Counted from the stretch's first letter, positions 47,971-59,003 are shown. The stretch: 64,000 nt of DNA from Limisphaerales bacterium (GCA_965657355.1 CBFHOE010000003.1:96001-160000); one strand, 5' to 3'. Made by a program: numbers and translations. Notes: generated by a model from the letters alone, not told the origin.

Positions 47971-49174
47971 ATGAGGAGTGGGAAATTTTCATGGTTATTG
48001 GTCTTCTGCCTTGCTGTTGGAATTGGCAATTCTGGCCTAGCGCAGGAATTTGACTCAGATAGGTGGCTGGTGTACGAAGTCGGTCCGGCTGTCATACTCC
48101 CCAATCTTGGGGTGAGTTCATTATACGATACTGATGTTCTTCTCGGCACCACTCCAAGTGAGCAATCCGATTTTATCATAGCGACTCGTCCTGAGCTCAA
48201 AATGCAATTAGGGGCAGAGGACATGGATTATCTTACTGTTCAATATGCCCCGAATTATCTTAAATATTTCGATACAGATTTCTTGACGAGAATAGACCAC
48301 TATTTTGGCCTCAACCTCAATATAGAGCGACCAAAAACAACCATCACGGGTGCTTCGACTGGTAGTAAACTTGGAGGATTTATTGGTCAATTCCAGAACT
48401 TCGCCACTGCACCAACTGACCGTATAATCCACAGGCATAATTATAGGATTCTTCAAAACATTTCTGGTAAGACTTCAGGTTCTTTGGCTTTTAGCTATGC
48501 CGTTCAAGACTACGAAGAAGGGTCTCCCTTGCTTGATATTAATGATTGGAGAGTGACCACTGGAGCCGTTTACGATTACACGGAGAAAATGGATCTGCTT
48601 GCTGAAGTTTTCTACGGGCAATCCACTGCAGATTCCAATCTTCCAGGTAGGGAACGCTGGCCCGCCTGCATCAAGAATTGGATTTTTTCTGGGCTCTGAA
48701 GCTGAATTTACGCCAAAACTTACCGGCGATGTGAGGCTTGGTTTTCAAGACATATCCTTTGATAACTCAACAGTAACCGATTCGGTAATCTCAATTCAGT
48801 CCAGCCTCCAATATCAATTGTCTGCGATGTCACAAATTGGATTAACTCTAAACAGAGGTGCGCAACAGAATATCCAACAAATTGCAACAATAATGCAATT
48901 TACCGACATCGGATTGAATTATGTGCGCATGCTTGATGTCGCAGGGAGGTGGCGTTTCGACTCCTCTGCAAGATACAGATTCACCACATTTGATGGGGCT
49001 ACTTTTGCTTCAAGAGAAGATAATTACTTTACAATTGCAGCGGGCATAAACTACATTGCCAAAGATTGGTTTAGGGCGGGATTATCATATAGTTACACAG
49101 ATTTGTCGACTAGCTTCGGTGGTTTGGACTACGGAGTTCACAGGGTCGGGTTAGATTTCGTCATAGGTTATTGA
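47971..49174 (+). pseudogene. Outer-membrane beta-barrel (polysaccharide-export porin, BBP2-like) split by a +1 frameshift near 48645-48655
   Basis: ORF 47971-48699 (signal peptide, amphipathic strands) and ORF 48599-49174 (strands, C-terminal VGLDFVIGY beta-signal) are in adjacent frames; removing one base gives a 400-aa protein. Confidence 0.75.
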
Positions 49175-49190
49175 TTTCTGTCTTCTCATA

Positions 49191-50462
49191 ATGAAAAACA
49201 TACTCAAACTTTTGCCATTAGTTTTACTTTTTATCGCTTTACCTCATTCCGAAGGTCAATCGCCATACACTAATCCGGGAGCTTCCCTTTTTGACTCTCT
49301 CAGGAAAAAAAACAAACCGAGAACAAATTCCTTATCCAAAAAATCCAATCAAGAAAAAGAAATCGAAAGGACCTCGAGCTCCGGTGATCTGACTAATAAA
49401 ACAGTCAAAATAACAAACCTTACTTCTACAAATGTCACTCAAAGTAATAAGCTGACTCTCCTATCAACCAACGCACCACCGAAAACCGCCAAAAGCTCTG
49501 AATTAGGTTTCTTTCCTGACAAAAGCGCCAGCAACGCGCCACCTTCAAGAGTTTCAACCAATGCATTATCGCAAAAAACTTCCTCAAGCCCGATCCCGGC
49601 CGGAAGTTTTCTTCTTGATAACCAAAACGACGGCGCCACTTTCGGGAGTGCCACAAGGGAGGCAATTTTAGAAGTCTCAGGAAAGGTAGTCGGTGATGGG
49701 GGCACTAAAATCAATCCTGAAGCACTGTCTGAACCTGTAAATAAAATTCCTGCTCTGCCTGCGACATCAAGCACCAATGCATTACCAACCAAAACAGATA
49801 TTCCGATAACTACTAAAAATTTAAAGAAAGACCCTACCGCATCTCCGGTATCTCTGAGTGAAAAGGAAATTATGGACCTCATCGCAAGCCTTGAGGAAGG
49901 GACGTCTTCCGACACAAACAGTCCTGTAAAAGTCATTAATTCCGCAGACTATGAGGGGAAAACGACTGACTACAAAATCCAGCCTGGTGATATTATCGGG
50001 GTAGAAGTTTTTCTTGAGCCCGATTTAACTAAAGAGCTCAAAGTGGCCGCATCAGGCGAAATCACATACCCGCTTCTTAAGCAGGTTAAAGTTTCAGATA
50101 AGTCTGCAGCTCAAGCTGAGCGCTACATCAGAGACCTTTTGGAACGAGATTACCTTGTAGATCCACACGTCATCATCACAGTCAAGGAATTCAAAGCACA
50201 GCAAATTTCTGTCCAAGGTTTTGTCAATATACCGAAGCTTATCACTCTTCCTCCAGATCAGCCCATGACAATAATGCAAGCGCTCAGTGAAGCCGGTGGA
50301 ATCCAAAGATTGGGAAACCCCAACCGCATTGAACTCATTCGACAAGGTAAACCGAACGAATCATTTAAGTTAAAAGATCTCAAAGAAGTAAGCGATCCTT
50401 CAAAGATTCTCTACCTCCAGCCAAATGACGTTGTTTATGTCTATGAAAGAGGTTTGTTCTAA
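49191..50462 (+). CDS. Polysaccharide export (OPX/Wza-like) protein with a long low-complexity N-terminal linker
   Basis: YKIQPGDII...GEITYPLL (Poly_export) plus SLBB (ALSEAGGI...LQPNDVVYV); ~230 aa rich in S/T/P/K after the signal peptide. Confidence 0.85.
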   Translation: MKNILKLLPLVLLFIALPHSEGQSPYTNPGASLFDSLRKKNKPRTNSLSKKSNQEKEIERTSSSGDLTNKTVKITNLTSTNVTQSNKLTLLSTNAPPKTAKSSELGFFPDKSASNAPPSRVSTNALSQKTSSSPIPAGSFLLDNQNDGATFGSATREAILEVSGKVVGDGGTKINPEALSEPVNKIPALPATSSTNALPTKTDIPITTKNLKKDPTASPVSLSEKEIMDLIASLEEGTSSDTNSPVKVINSADYEGKTTDYKIQPGDIIGVEVFLEPDLTKELKVAASGEITYPLLKQVKVSDKSAAQAERYIRDLLERDYLVDPHVIITVKEFKAQQISVQGFVNIPKLITLPPDQPMTIMQALSEAGGIQRLGNPNRIELIRQGKPNESFKLKDLKEVSDPSKILYLQPNDVVYVYERGLF

Positions 50463-50495
50463 GAGTGGTTCGGCAAAATCTAGCGACGATTATTA

Positions 50496-52658
50496 ATGAG
50501 TGACATAGATCAAATTTCAGACAAGAGAGAGACTGTAGCAGACCAGGAATCTCAAGAATCTAGCTTAAACCTAAGGCACTATTGGCATATTGTCTTAGAG
50601 AGAAGATGGTTAGTTGTTGCGACTTTTTTGGGTATATTTGCCCTTTCCATTATTTACCTCGTTCGGTCAACTCCAATTTACACGGCTGTTACGCGCCTTC
50701 AGATTGATCGCCCTGAAGCCGGCGCCATAGACTCTGGTTCTCAGTTGGTGCTGCAGGGCAATCATAATGAGTATCTGCAGACAATGTATAAAAGGTTGTT
50801 AAGCCGCTCTCTTATCGAGATGGTTTTAAACGAACTTCAATTATTGGAAGATGATAGATACAAGCGAGCGATAGACAAGATTCGAGCTCTCAGTAATGAT
50901 ATAACTATTAAGCCTCTTCGGTTAACTTATTTGGTGGACATAGAGGTCGACCATCCCAACAATGAAATGGCCTCCAACATCGCCAATTCCCTTGCCGATA
51001 ATTTTCTCCAGGCCAACATTGCTCTCTCAGACACAAAATCCCAAGTCGGAATTCAGAAGCTTGATGAAGAGCTTAACATTCTTCAAAAAGAAGCGGAGCA
51101 GGACGAGCAGGCATATTTAGATTACGCTAAAAATGCTGAAGGTGGTGGTGCCTCTCTTGACAAGCAAATGGATGTCGTCATCCTTGCTTACACTCAGGCA
51201 TCCAACGATTTGTCTGCTGCCGAAACCCAAGAGCAAATTGCAAAAAGTCTGGCCCAAGAAGCTGAGAGGTATTTACAGGAAGGTAAAGATTTAACATCTA
51301 TTCCAGCAATAGCCAGTGATCCGGTCGTGCTCGCTCTCAAGAAGGAATTAGCAACGAAGCAATCAATTCTTGCTGGTTTGCTCGCCCGTTATAAAAGTAA
51401 ACACCCTTCAGTTATTTCAGCCCGCGAAGAGATCCAATCTATTACTATTTCCATACTTGAGAAATCGAAGGAGGTATACAGGAGTTTGCAAGCTGACGCT
51501 CAACTTGCATCCAATAAAGTCAAAAATTTCAAAGCGATTCTTTCGGCAAAGGAACAAAGGCAAATCGAACTCCAGCAGGCAAGGGTTCAATACGACTTTT
51601 TAAAAAGAAAAGCCGACCAGTCTTGGGATCTTTATCAAAAGGTGCTCTCAGAGAAAGAAATCAAAAGAATTAATAGAAACTACAAAGAAAACAACATCAG
51701 CGTCGTTGACAGAGCCACTCCTCCGGGAACTCCTTCCAAGCCTCGGAAGTCCCTTATTCTACTAATGGGCGTCGTTGGTGGCCTTGCTGCCGGGGTTGGT
51801 TTAGCCTTTTTCGTCAACTTTTTAGATGATTCGGTTAAGACACAGGAAGATGTTGAAAACGTTCTCAAACTTCAATTCTTGGGATACATTCCAAACATCA
51901 AAACTAATAGCTTGGTCGAGCGAGATCTTCAATCGCACTTGCATCCCCAATCGACCGCTGCAGAAGCTTTTCGTACTTTACGAACGACTGTTTCCCTCAT
52001 GCCCAAAGCGGATGATTTAAACGTCATTTCAATGACGAGCACTATTCCTTCTGAGGGTAAATCATTGGTCGCTTCTAACCTTGCTATTGTCATGGCTCAA
52101 ACAGGAATGAAGACGGTATTGGTTGATGCCGATTTGAGGCGTCCATCCGTTCACAAAGCCTTTCAGTTACATTCACCTGTTGGTTTGGCTGCATACCTGA
52201 AAAGAGAGGCAAATACCATAGACGAAATTGTTCATAAGTCAGAAGTTCCGGATTTGGACATCATATGCTGCGGTGGAATTCCGGGAAGCCCGTCTGAGTT
52301 GGTGAGCTCTTCCAGGATGTTTCAATTTATTGAAGAACTGAGACAAAAATACGACAAGGTCGTCATAGATTGTCCGCCGGTTTCCGCTGTCTCAGATCCT
52401 TTGGTAATTGCGGCTCGCACCGACGGGGTCATTTTCGTCAATAAATTCAATAGGATCAGAAGGGAGCATGCCAGAAGGACCATTCAACGCATCCAGGATG
52501 CTGGAGTTAGGATTCTTGGTGCCGCCATTAATGACATTGATTTCGAAGGAAAAGATTCCTATTACTACAGTTACTACTATTATCAAAATCGTTATTATGC
52601 GAGTCATTATAGCGATGGAGATTCTTCGGAATCGTCTTCCAAAAAGAAAGCCTCATAA
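50496..52658 (+). CDS. wzc: Polysaccharide co-polymerase / BY tyrosine kinase (Wzc-like)
   Basis: Two TM segments, coiled periplasmic domain, AEAFRTLRT, Walker A PSEGKS, VDADLRRP, IDCPP, C-terminal tyrosine cluster YYYSYYYYQNRYY. Confidence 0.9.
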   Translation: MSDIDQISDKRETVADQESQESSLNLRHYWHIVLERRWLVVATFLGIFALSIIYLVRSTPIYTAVTRLQIDRPEAGAIDSGSQLVLQGNHNEYLQTMYKRLLSRSLIEMVLNELQLLEDDRYKRAIDKIRALSNDITIKPLRLTYLVDIEVDHPNNEMASNIANSLADNFLQANIALSDTKSQVGIQKLDEELNILQKEAEQDEQAYLDYAKNAEGGGASLDKQMDVVILAYTQASNDLSAAETQEQIAKSLAQEAERYLQEGKDLTSIPAIASDPVVLALKKELATKQSILAGLLARYKSKHPSVISAREEIQSITISILEKSKEVYRSLQADAQLASNKVKNFKAILSAKEQRQIELQQARVQYDFLKRKADQSWDLYQKVLSEKEIKRINRNYKENNISVVDRATPPGTPSKPRKSLILLMGVVGGLAAGVGLAFFVNFLDDSVKTQEDVENVLKLQFLGYIPNIKTNSLVERDLQSHLHPQSTAAEAFRTLRTTVSLMPKADDLNVISMTSTIPSEGKSLVASNLAIVMAQTGMKTVLVDADLRRPSVHKAFQLHSPVGLAAYLKREANTIDEIVHKSEVPDLDIICCGGIPGSPSELVSSSRMFQFIEELRQKYDKVVIDCPPVSAVSDPLVIAARTDGVIFVNKFNRIRREHARRTIQRIQDAGVRILGAAINDIDFEGKDSYYYSYYYYQNRYYASHYSDGDSSESSSKKKAS

Positions 52659-52676
52659 CTTTATCAAAAAACATTT

Positions 52677-52716
52677 AACCCCTCTTGCAGACCGATGCTT
52701 GAGGGGTTTTTCTTTA
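52677..52716 (+). terminator. Rho-independent terminator after wzc
   Basis: Stem aacccctc/gaggggtt followed by tttcttt. Confidence 0.7.
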
Positions 52717-52788
52717 TTCCAATGTGAGGAGTTTACTTTACTCTCAGCGATTCAAGCTTAACATTCTTGAATATTCTAATTTAAACAA

Positions 52789-53811
52789 ATGAGTAACTCA
52801 GACGAGAATCATTCAATGACCGCGAGTAGCGATGACATAAAGACAATAGAGCTCCTCAAAGAAACGACGGCAAAGATGAGAGAGGAGTTGGCCAAAGTCA
52901 TTATTGGCCAAGACGATGTTATCGAAAAGCTACTCATTTGTATCTTATCTAAGGGTCATGGTCTGCTCATGGGGGTTCCGGGTTTGGCGAAAACAACTCT
53001 AGTGAATGCTGTGTCAGAGGTGATGTCCTTAAAATTCAGCCGAATTCAGTTCACTCCCGACTTGATGCCCTCTGATATTACAGGAACGGACATCCTGCAA
53101 GATACAGACGAACCTGGCAAAAGAGCTTTCGTTTTTGTCAAAGGTCCACTCTTTGCGAACATAATTCTAGCCGACGAAATAAATAGAACGCCTCCAAAAA
53201 CACAAAGTGCTTTGCTCGAAGCCATGCAGGAAAAGCGAGTCACCGCCAATGGGAAAAACTACAAGTTGCCGGCGCCTTTTTTTGTGCTGGCTACTCAAAA
53301 CCCAATCGAACAGGAAGGAACCTACGCGCTACCAGAAGCTCAGCTAGACCGATTCATGTTTCTCATCCAAGTGGAATATCCTAACCGAGAAGAAGAAAGA
53401 GAGATAGCTCGCCAGACAACAAAAGGCACTCACGAAAAAATCAAATCCTGTATTACGGGAAGAAAGTTAGAAAAGTTCCAAGAAGTCGTTGAGCAATTGC
53501 CAGTGCCCGACAGTCTTTATGATTTTGCCGTCGATTTAATCAGAGCAACAAGACCAAAAGAAGAGGAGTCCCCTGAGTGGCTGCGAAGATGGGTTTCGTG
53601 GGGAGCAGGGCCACGTGCTGTTCAATACCTAATTCGGGGTGCTAAAGCACGAGCCGTTCTCAATGGAAGTTACCTCGTTAGGCAAGAAGACATTGAAGCT
53701 GTTGCCTACCCTGTATTAAGCCACCGATTGGTCACTAATTTTCAAGCCCAAAGTGAAGGCAAAACGGTCGACGACATTATCGCTCGCCTGATAGAAGAAC
53801 TCGGATCATGA
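52789..53811 (+). CDS. MoxR family AAA+ ATPase
   Basis: GVPGLAKT, RIQFTPDLMPSDITG, LADEINRTPPKTQSALLEAMQE, ATQNPIEQEGTY, AQLDRF. Confidence 0.95.
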   Translation: MSNSDENHSMTASSDDIKTIELLKETTAKMREELAKVIIGQDDVIEKLLICILSKGHGLLMGVPGLAKTTLVNAVSEVMSLKFSRIQFTPDLMPSDITGTDILQDTDEPGKRAFVFVKGPLFANIILADEINRTPPKTQSALLEAMQEKRVTANGKNYKLPAPFFVLATQNPIEQEGTYALPEAQLDRFMFLIQVEYPNREEEREIARQTTKGTHEKIKSCITGRKLEKFQEVVEQLPVPDSLYDFAVDLIRATRPKEEESPEWLRRWVSWGAGPRAVQYLIRGAKARAVLNGSYLVRQEDIEAVAYPVLSHRLVTNFQAQSEGKTVDDIIARLIEELGS

Positions 53812-53838
53812 GTTAACTAAGGCCAAAGATTTTCTACC

Positions 53839-54744
53839 GTGCCAGAGATCGTTCCCACACCATTTTTTGACCCTGCGATTGCATCTCGCCTGAGCGGATT
53901 TGCACTGCAGGCGCGCGAGGCAAAGGAAGGGACAATGTCTGGTATTCATAAAAGTCCTCATCGCGGTGCAAGTGTTGAGTTTTCCGAATACAGAGATTAC
54001 GTACCGGGAGATGATTTACGCCGATTAGATTGGAGGGTATTTGCCAAAACGGATCGATTTTACATGAAAGAATTCGAGGCAGAGACAAACCTTAGGTCCT
54101 ATGTCGTTCTCGATGGCAGTGGATCTATGTCTTACCGAGGTGATCTCAAAGACTCAAAATTTGATCATGCCCGAAGACTTTCATCTATCCTATCCTATGT
54201 ATTGCTCAGGCAGGGCGACGCTATTGGGCTGCATATCTCCAATAATGAAAAATCTGCTGAACTGCCTTCTCTCAGACGTCCAAGTCATTTGCAGGAAGTG
54301 TTTCATTCGATGGCCCGATTCGAATGCTCAGGCGAAAATTGCCTTTCAGAGTCACTCCATAAACTGGCAGAGACCTCAAAAAGAAGGGGGTTGTTTCTAA
54401 TCTTTTCTGATTTTTTTTGTGACTTGGATTCTTTAATGCCTGCGCTTCAGCATCTCAGGCATCAAAAGCACGAGGTGGCCCTTTTTGAAACTCTTCACCC
54501 ACAAGAACTAAATTTTGATTTTTCCAAGTCTACTCGATTTAAAGATTTAGAGGGGCCAGCGGAACTTGTCGTTGAGCCCAGCGTAGTAAAAAAAGAATAC
54601 CTAAAATTTCTTAACAACCATTTGGAAAAGTTCAGGAAAGCAACAAGCCAGCATCATTTTGAACTGATTCGCTCACTTGTCGAAAGCGAATATGAACAAG
54701 AGTTAGTAAGATTCATCACGTCTAGGATGAATAAAAGTGGGTAA
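53839..54744 (+). CDS. DUF58 domain protein (VWA-like)
   Basis: GIHKS, EFSEYRDYVPGDDLRRLDWRV, DGSGSM, FSDFF. Confidence 0.92.
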   Translation: MPEIVPTPFFDPAIASRLSGFALQAREAKEGTMSGIHKSPHRGASVEFSEYRDYVPGDDLRRLDWRVFAKTDRFYMKEFEAETNLRSYVVLDGSGSMSYRGDLKDSKFDHARRLSSILSYVLLRQGDAIGLHISNNEKSAELPSLRRPSHLQEVFHSMARFECSGENCLSESLHKLAETSKRRGLFLIFSDFFCDLDSLMPALQHLRHQKHEVALFETLHPQELNFDFSKSTRFKDLEGPAELVVEPSVVKKEYLKFLNNHLEKFRKATSQHHFELIRSLVESEYEQELVRFITSRMNKSG

Positions 54745-54755
54745 TAAGTCACATT

Positions 54756-56762
54756 ATGTCGTTTCTTCAGCCTGAGATACTTTTTGGATTGCCACTTTTG
54801 ATGGTGCCCATTCTTATTCACCTCCTCAATAGGCGTCGATATCGAATCGAGGACTGGGGGGCGATGCAATTTCTTATTCAGGCCACCAGGGCTTCAACAT
54901 CCAGGGCTAAATTAAAACAAATACTGATCCTTTTGATGCGGACATTGGCTGTGTTGATGCTGATTTTTTTCCTGGCTCGTCCATTAGCTGGTGGTTGGGT
55001 TGGGCAGCTTGGTGGGGGGAAACCAGATACCATTTTTATCGTGATTGACCGTTCGGCGTCGATGGAGCTTGGCGGGGGAGGTGCAACCAAATCGTTGAGA
55101 GCTCAAGCTGTTGATTCCTTTAATGATGCCTATCAACTCTATCAAAAAGAAGCAAACCTCGTGTTGGTGGATACCGTGAGTTCCGAGGTTATCCCAGTGG
55201 ATTCATTCGATACTTTGAAAGATGAGTGGCTAGCTGAAACAACTGACACAACCACATCATTTCCCTTGGTCATGACTCAAATATATGACTGGATTCAAAA
55301 GAACTCGGTTGGTATTTCTGAAATATGGATTGCCTCAGATTTACAAGTTAGCAATTGGCAGTTAAATGACTCCATCTGGGAGGAAATCTCTAAAAAATTC
55401 AAAAGTTTACCTCAGAAAGTATCTCTAAAAGTATTAGCAATGGAAGCTTCATCGTCGGCAAACATTGGCGTCATTTCAGATAATCTTGTTGATTCCGGGT
55501 TTGGATTCACAGCTGAGATCCCTTTGAAGGTTTCCTTTATCCAAAATTCTCCGGAGGAAAAAATAATTCCTGTAGATGTCAAAGCAGAGGAAGCAACCTT
55601 CCAGTCAGAAGTTGAATTAGTTGGAGAGAGAACAATTTGGAGGCAAACAGTAAGTGTTTCGGGTGATAAGCCTGTGTCTTGGATAAATGTCTCTCTTCCC
55701 GACGACGAGAATAATCGCGACAATAATTTCTACTATGTCGTGCCGCCCGAGGTAAAACCACGGGTGATCATAGTTTCGGAGAGAGAAGATGTTGGAAAGA
55801 TTATCGAGGCAGCCGTTAGTGTGGGTGTTCCCAAAGATTCTGTCATAGAAACCAAATCTTCACTGGATGTGGCTCCCGAAGGGGACACCACGATTATTAT
55901 ATGGCAAGGCTCATTGCCCCAACTTGATGCGACTGACTTCCTTACAAATTTTGTTGAAAGCGGTGGAAGTATTCTTTTTTTACCGTCCACGGAGGAACGG
56001 ATTGTCGATCGAGAAATTTTTAATACGCAGTGGGGTGCTGTGGAGGTTGCTGAAGAAAGTGATATCTTTTCCATAAACAATTGGGACCAGAAGGCTGGCC
56101 CGGTCGCAAAAACAGCTGAGGGTTTTAGTCTGCCATTGGACAAAAACGACTTTCTCAAGCGGCGCGCCATACAATCAAGTGGATCACCAATCGTTTTCTT
56201 TACTGATGAGAAAAGTTTTTTTCTGCAAACCAGGAATGGAAAAGGGCATACCTATTGGATGTCGTCTTTACCGATTCCAGATTGGTCGACCCTCGGGCAA
56301 GGATACTCATTCGTCCCAATTCTCCAGCGAATCCTGATTGAAGCATCAAGCCGGTTTGTCAAGCCGGTTCAGGTAGAAGCGGGTCGTTTTTTCTTAAATG
56401 ATGAAAATTCTAACCCCTCAGATTGGTTGCCTGTTTATCCTGAAAAATTAGGAATGAATCCATTGTTACAATCAGGTATATACAAAAATGATGAGCGCTT
56501 AATTGCTGTGAACCCTCCAGCTGAGGAGTTTGGGATGAGTTTTTATAATGCGAATGATTTAAAACCCCTGTTAGACGGAATGAATCTGACAGTTGTTAAT
56601 GTCGAAAGTAATCCTTCGGGAGCTAGTGAAGACGATAATGAATTACAGTCAGAACTATGGAAGCTGTTTCTTATTTCCATGATTATCTTTCTAGCACTTG
56701 AAAGCTATTTCACCTTACCACCGAGTCAAGCCCGCAACACAAACGAAGGGGCTAGCGCATGA
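54756..56762 (+). CDS. BatA N-terminal double-TM plus VWA domain membrane protein
   Basis: PILIHLLNRRR...AMQFL (BatA), LARP, MIDAS DRSASM, ASDLQ; C-terminal ELWK...LE TM segment. Confidence 0.85.
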   Translation: MSFLQPEILFGLPLLMVPILIHLLNRRRYRIEDWGAMQFLIQATRASTSRAKLKQILILLMRTLAVLMLIFFLARPLAGGWVGQLGGGKPDTIFIVIDRSASMELGGGGATKSLRAQAVDSFNDAYQLYQKEANLVLVDTVSSEVIPVDSFDTLKDEWLAETTDTTTSFPLVMTQIYDWIQKNSVGISEIWIASDLQVSNWQLNDSIWEEISKKFKSLPQKVSLKVLAMEASSSANIGVISDNLVDSGFGFTAEIPLKVSFIQNSPEEKIIPVDVKAEEATFQSEVELVGERTIWRQTVSVSGDKPVSWINVSLPDDENNRDNNFYYVVPPEVKPRVIIVSEREDVGKIIEAAVSVGVPKDSVIETKSSLDVAPEGDTTIIIWQGSLPQLDATDFLTNFVESGGSILFLPSTEERIVDREIFNTQWGAVEVAEESDIFSINNWDQKAGPVAKTAEGFSLPLDKNDFLKRRAIQSSGSPIVFFTDEKSFFLQTRNGKGHTYWMSSLPIPDWSTLGQGYSFVPILQRILIEASSRFVKPVQVEAGRFFLNDENSNPSDWLPVYPEKLGMNPLLQSGIYKNDERLIAVNPPAEEFGMSFYNANDLKPLLDGMNLTVVNVESNPSGASEDDNELQSELWKLFLISMIIFLALESYFTLPPSQARNTNEGASA

Positions 56763-58945
56763 ATCAACTGACTTTTTCAACGGGCCCTTTGTCGATTGTC
56801 GCCGGAACGCTAATAGCCTTTTATTTTCTTTGGATGGCCTTCCAACATCTACAAAGAAACGCTCCCTCCACAGGTAGAGTATTCTTAGAATTGCTCAGGC
56901 TTGGCATCGTATCGTGTATTATTATCACACTATTCAAGCCGGAGTGGATCGAGAAGGTAAATGAGGATCAGAAACCTGTTATCGCTGTTCTGTCGGATAA
57001 ATCGAATAGCATGATAACCTCTGATATTCAGAACGAAGAATCGCTTTCATCAAGGAAGGATTGGTTGGGTGCCGCTTTAGAAAGTGACATTTGGTCTACC
57101 CTTGATTCTGATAATGAATTGCTTTTTATCGATTTTAGCCCAAAGCCTGAGCCCGGTTCTTTAGAAATCGAGGGTACAGATCTTTCCGATCCACTAGAAT
57201 CAGTTTTAAAAGCTAATTCCCAACTTCGCTCCGTTTTGGTTCTATCTGACGGTGACTGGAATGTCGGTATGTCCCCTGACTTAGTTGCAAAAAAATACCG
57301 ATCTCGTGGAGTTCCAATTTTTACAACTGTCGTCGGTAGGGATTCTCCATTGCCTGACGTTAGCATTGAAGATGTTAAAGTGCCTGGGTTTGGTTTGCTC
57401 GGTGAACAGGTGGCCATAGGATTCAGAATAAAATCCACTCTTCCAAATGATGTTGAAATCGAAGTGGAACTTCAAAGTGAAGAGGACGAGAACCAAACAC
57501 AAACTCTAACACTACCTGCTTTTGGTGAAATTCAGGATTCTTTTCTTTTTTATCCGGAGACGGAAGGAAAGAGAAAAATGTCTCTCAAAATTCCTGTGCA
57601 AAAGAATGAAATTAGTGACTCAAATAATATAGAAAATTTTAATTTTACAGTCAGAAAGGAAACTTTAAAGGTTTTAGTGGTCGATTCACTACCTCGATGG
57701 GAATATCGATATTTACGAAATGCCCTAGAAAGGGATCCCGGTGTCGAAATGAGTTGTATTCTTTTTCATCCAGGAATGGGCCTAGGTGGAGGAAAAAATT
57801 ACCTTTCACAATTTCCAAACACTCGAGAGGCATTGAGCCCGTTCGATGTGGTTTTCCTGGGGGATGTGGGAATAGGAGATGGAGAATTAACGGAAGAACA
57901 AGCCGATCTCATTAAAGGACTCGTTGAACAACAATCTAGCGGACTTGTCCTAGTTCCAGGGCGTCGAGGTAGAATTCTCTCCTTCCTAAATTCTCCTCTC
58001 GAGGATCTAATTCCAGTCCAGCTTGATGATACGAAGCAAAATGGATATCCATTACAAAATGAGAATCCAATAAATCTTACGACTAGAGGCGGAGGACACC
58101 TTCTTACCCGCTTTGAAATGGATGAGGATAAAAATTCCAAATTATGGGAGGGTCTGCCAGGGTTTTTTTGGTCTGCTCCTGTTTTGAAAAGTCGACCGGG
58201 GACGGAAGTTCTGGGTGTTCACGGTTCTCTACGTAACCAATGGGGGCGGTTACCAATGCTTGTGACTAAAACTGCTGGCTCCGGACATGTTCTTTTTATG
58301 GGAACAGATAGTGCATGGAGATGGCGACGGGGTGTCGAAGATAAATACCACTACCGACTATGGTCTCAAGTAGTGCGTTGGATGGCACACAGGCGCAATC
58401 TAGCGGAGAAGGAAGGGATACGTCTTAGTTTTTCTCCCGAAAACCCCGAGGCTGGTGATAAAGTTTATCTTCAGGCTTCGATCCTTAATAGAGCTGGCTT
58501 TCCTCTTGAAGCAGTTAAAATTAATGCGCGTTTAGAATTTCCTGACGGTTCGGTCGAGCTCATAGAAATGAAAAAAGTTGAAGGTGGGTGGGGTGTCTTT
58601 GAGGGTTGGTTTCAATCTGCCTTATCAGGACCGCACTCCATTTCTATCAATATCCCTAATCAAGGCAGAGAGCTGAAAACGGAGCTCCAGGTTCGGAGCC
58701 CTTCACTTGAAAAGGTCGGTCAACCAGCAAAAAGAAGTGTACTCGCCGGTCTTTCACAAATTTCTGGCGGACAGGTTGGTGGCTTTAATGAATTAGAAAA
58801 CATAATTACGGCTATGAAATCTGTGCCCGAGCCAGAGGAAGAATTAAGAAAAACCCGATTGTGGGCACACCCATATTGGGGGGGCTTTATACTTTTGCTG
58901 CTTTCAGTTTATTGGATTGGCCGTAAACTAACTGGGTTCGTATAA
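56759..58945 (+). CDS. Membrane protein with VWA, Ig-like and glutamine-amidotransferase-like domains
   Basis: N-terminal TMs; DKSNSM/GTDL/LSDG MIDAS; PRWEYRYL, DVVFLGDV, DSAWRWRR; C-terminal TM followed by RKLTG. Confidence 0.8.
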   Translation: MNQLTFSTGPLSIVAGTLIAFYFLWMAFQHLQRNAPSTGRVFLELLRLGIVSCIIITLFKPEWIEKVNEDQKPVIAVLSDKSNSMITSDIQNEESLSSRKDWLGAALESDIWSTLDSDNELLFIDFSPKPEPGSLEIEGTDLSDPLESVLKANSQLRSVLVLSDGDWNVGMSPDLVAKKYRSRGVPIFTTVVGRDSPLPDVSIEDVKVPGFGLLGEQVAIGFRIKSTLPNDVEIEVELQSEEDENQTQTLTLPAFGEIQDSFLFYPETEGKRKMSLKIPVQKNEISDSNNIENFNFTVRKETLKVLVVDSLPRWEYRYLRNALERDPGVEMSCILFHPGMGLGGGKNYLSQFPNTREALSPFDVVFLGDVGIGDGELTEEQADLIKGLVEQQSSGLVLVPGRRGRILSFLNSPLEDLIPVQLDDTKQNGYPLQNENPINLTTRGGGHLLTRFEMDEDKNSKLWEGLPGFFWSAPVLKSRPGTEVLGVHGSLRNQWGRLPMLVTKTAGSGHVLFMGTDSAWRWRRGVEDKYHYRLWSQVVRWMAHRRNLAEKEGIRLSFSPENPEAGDKVYLQASILNRAGFPLEAVKINARLEFPDGSVELIEMKKVEGGWGVFEGWFQSALSGPHSISINIPNQGRELKTELQVRSPSLEKVGQPAKRSVLAGLSQISGGQVGGFNELENIITAMKSVPEPEEELRKTRLWAHPYWGGFILLLLSVYWIGRKLTGFV

Positions 58946-59003
58946 GATTTTGACCACCAATTCATTAACTAAGTGCCTTGAGCAAACGAATTAAAAATCA
59001 AAA

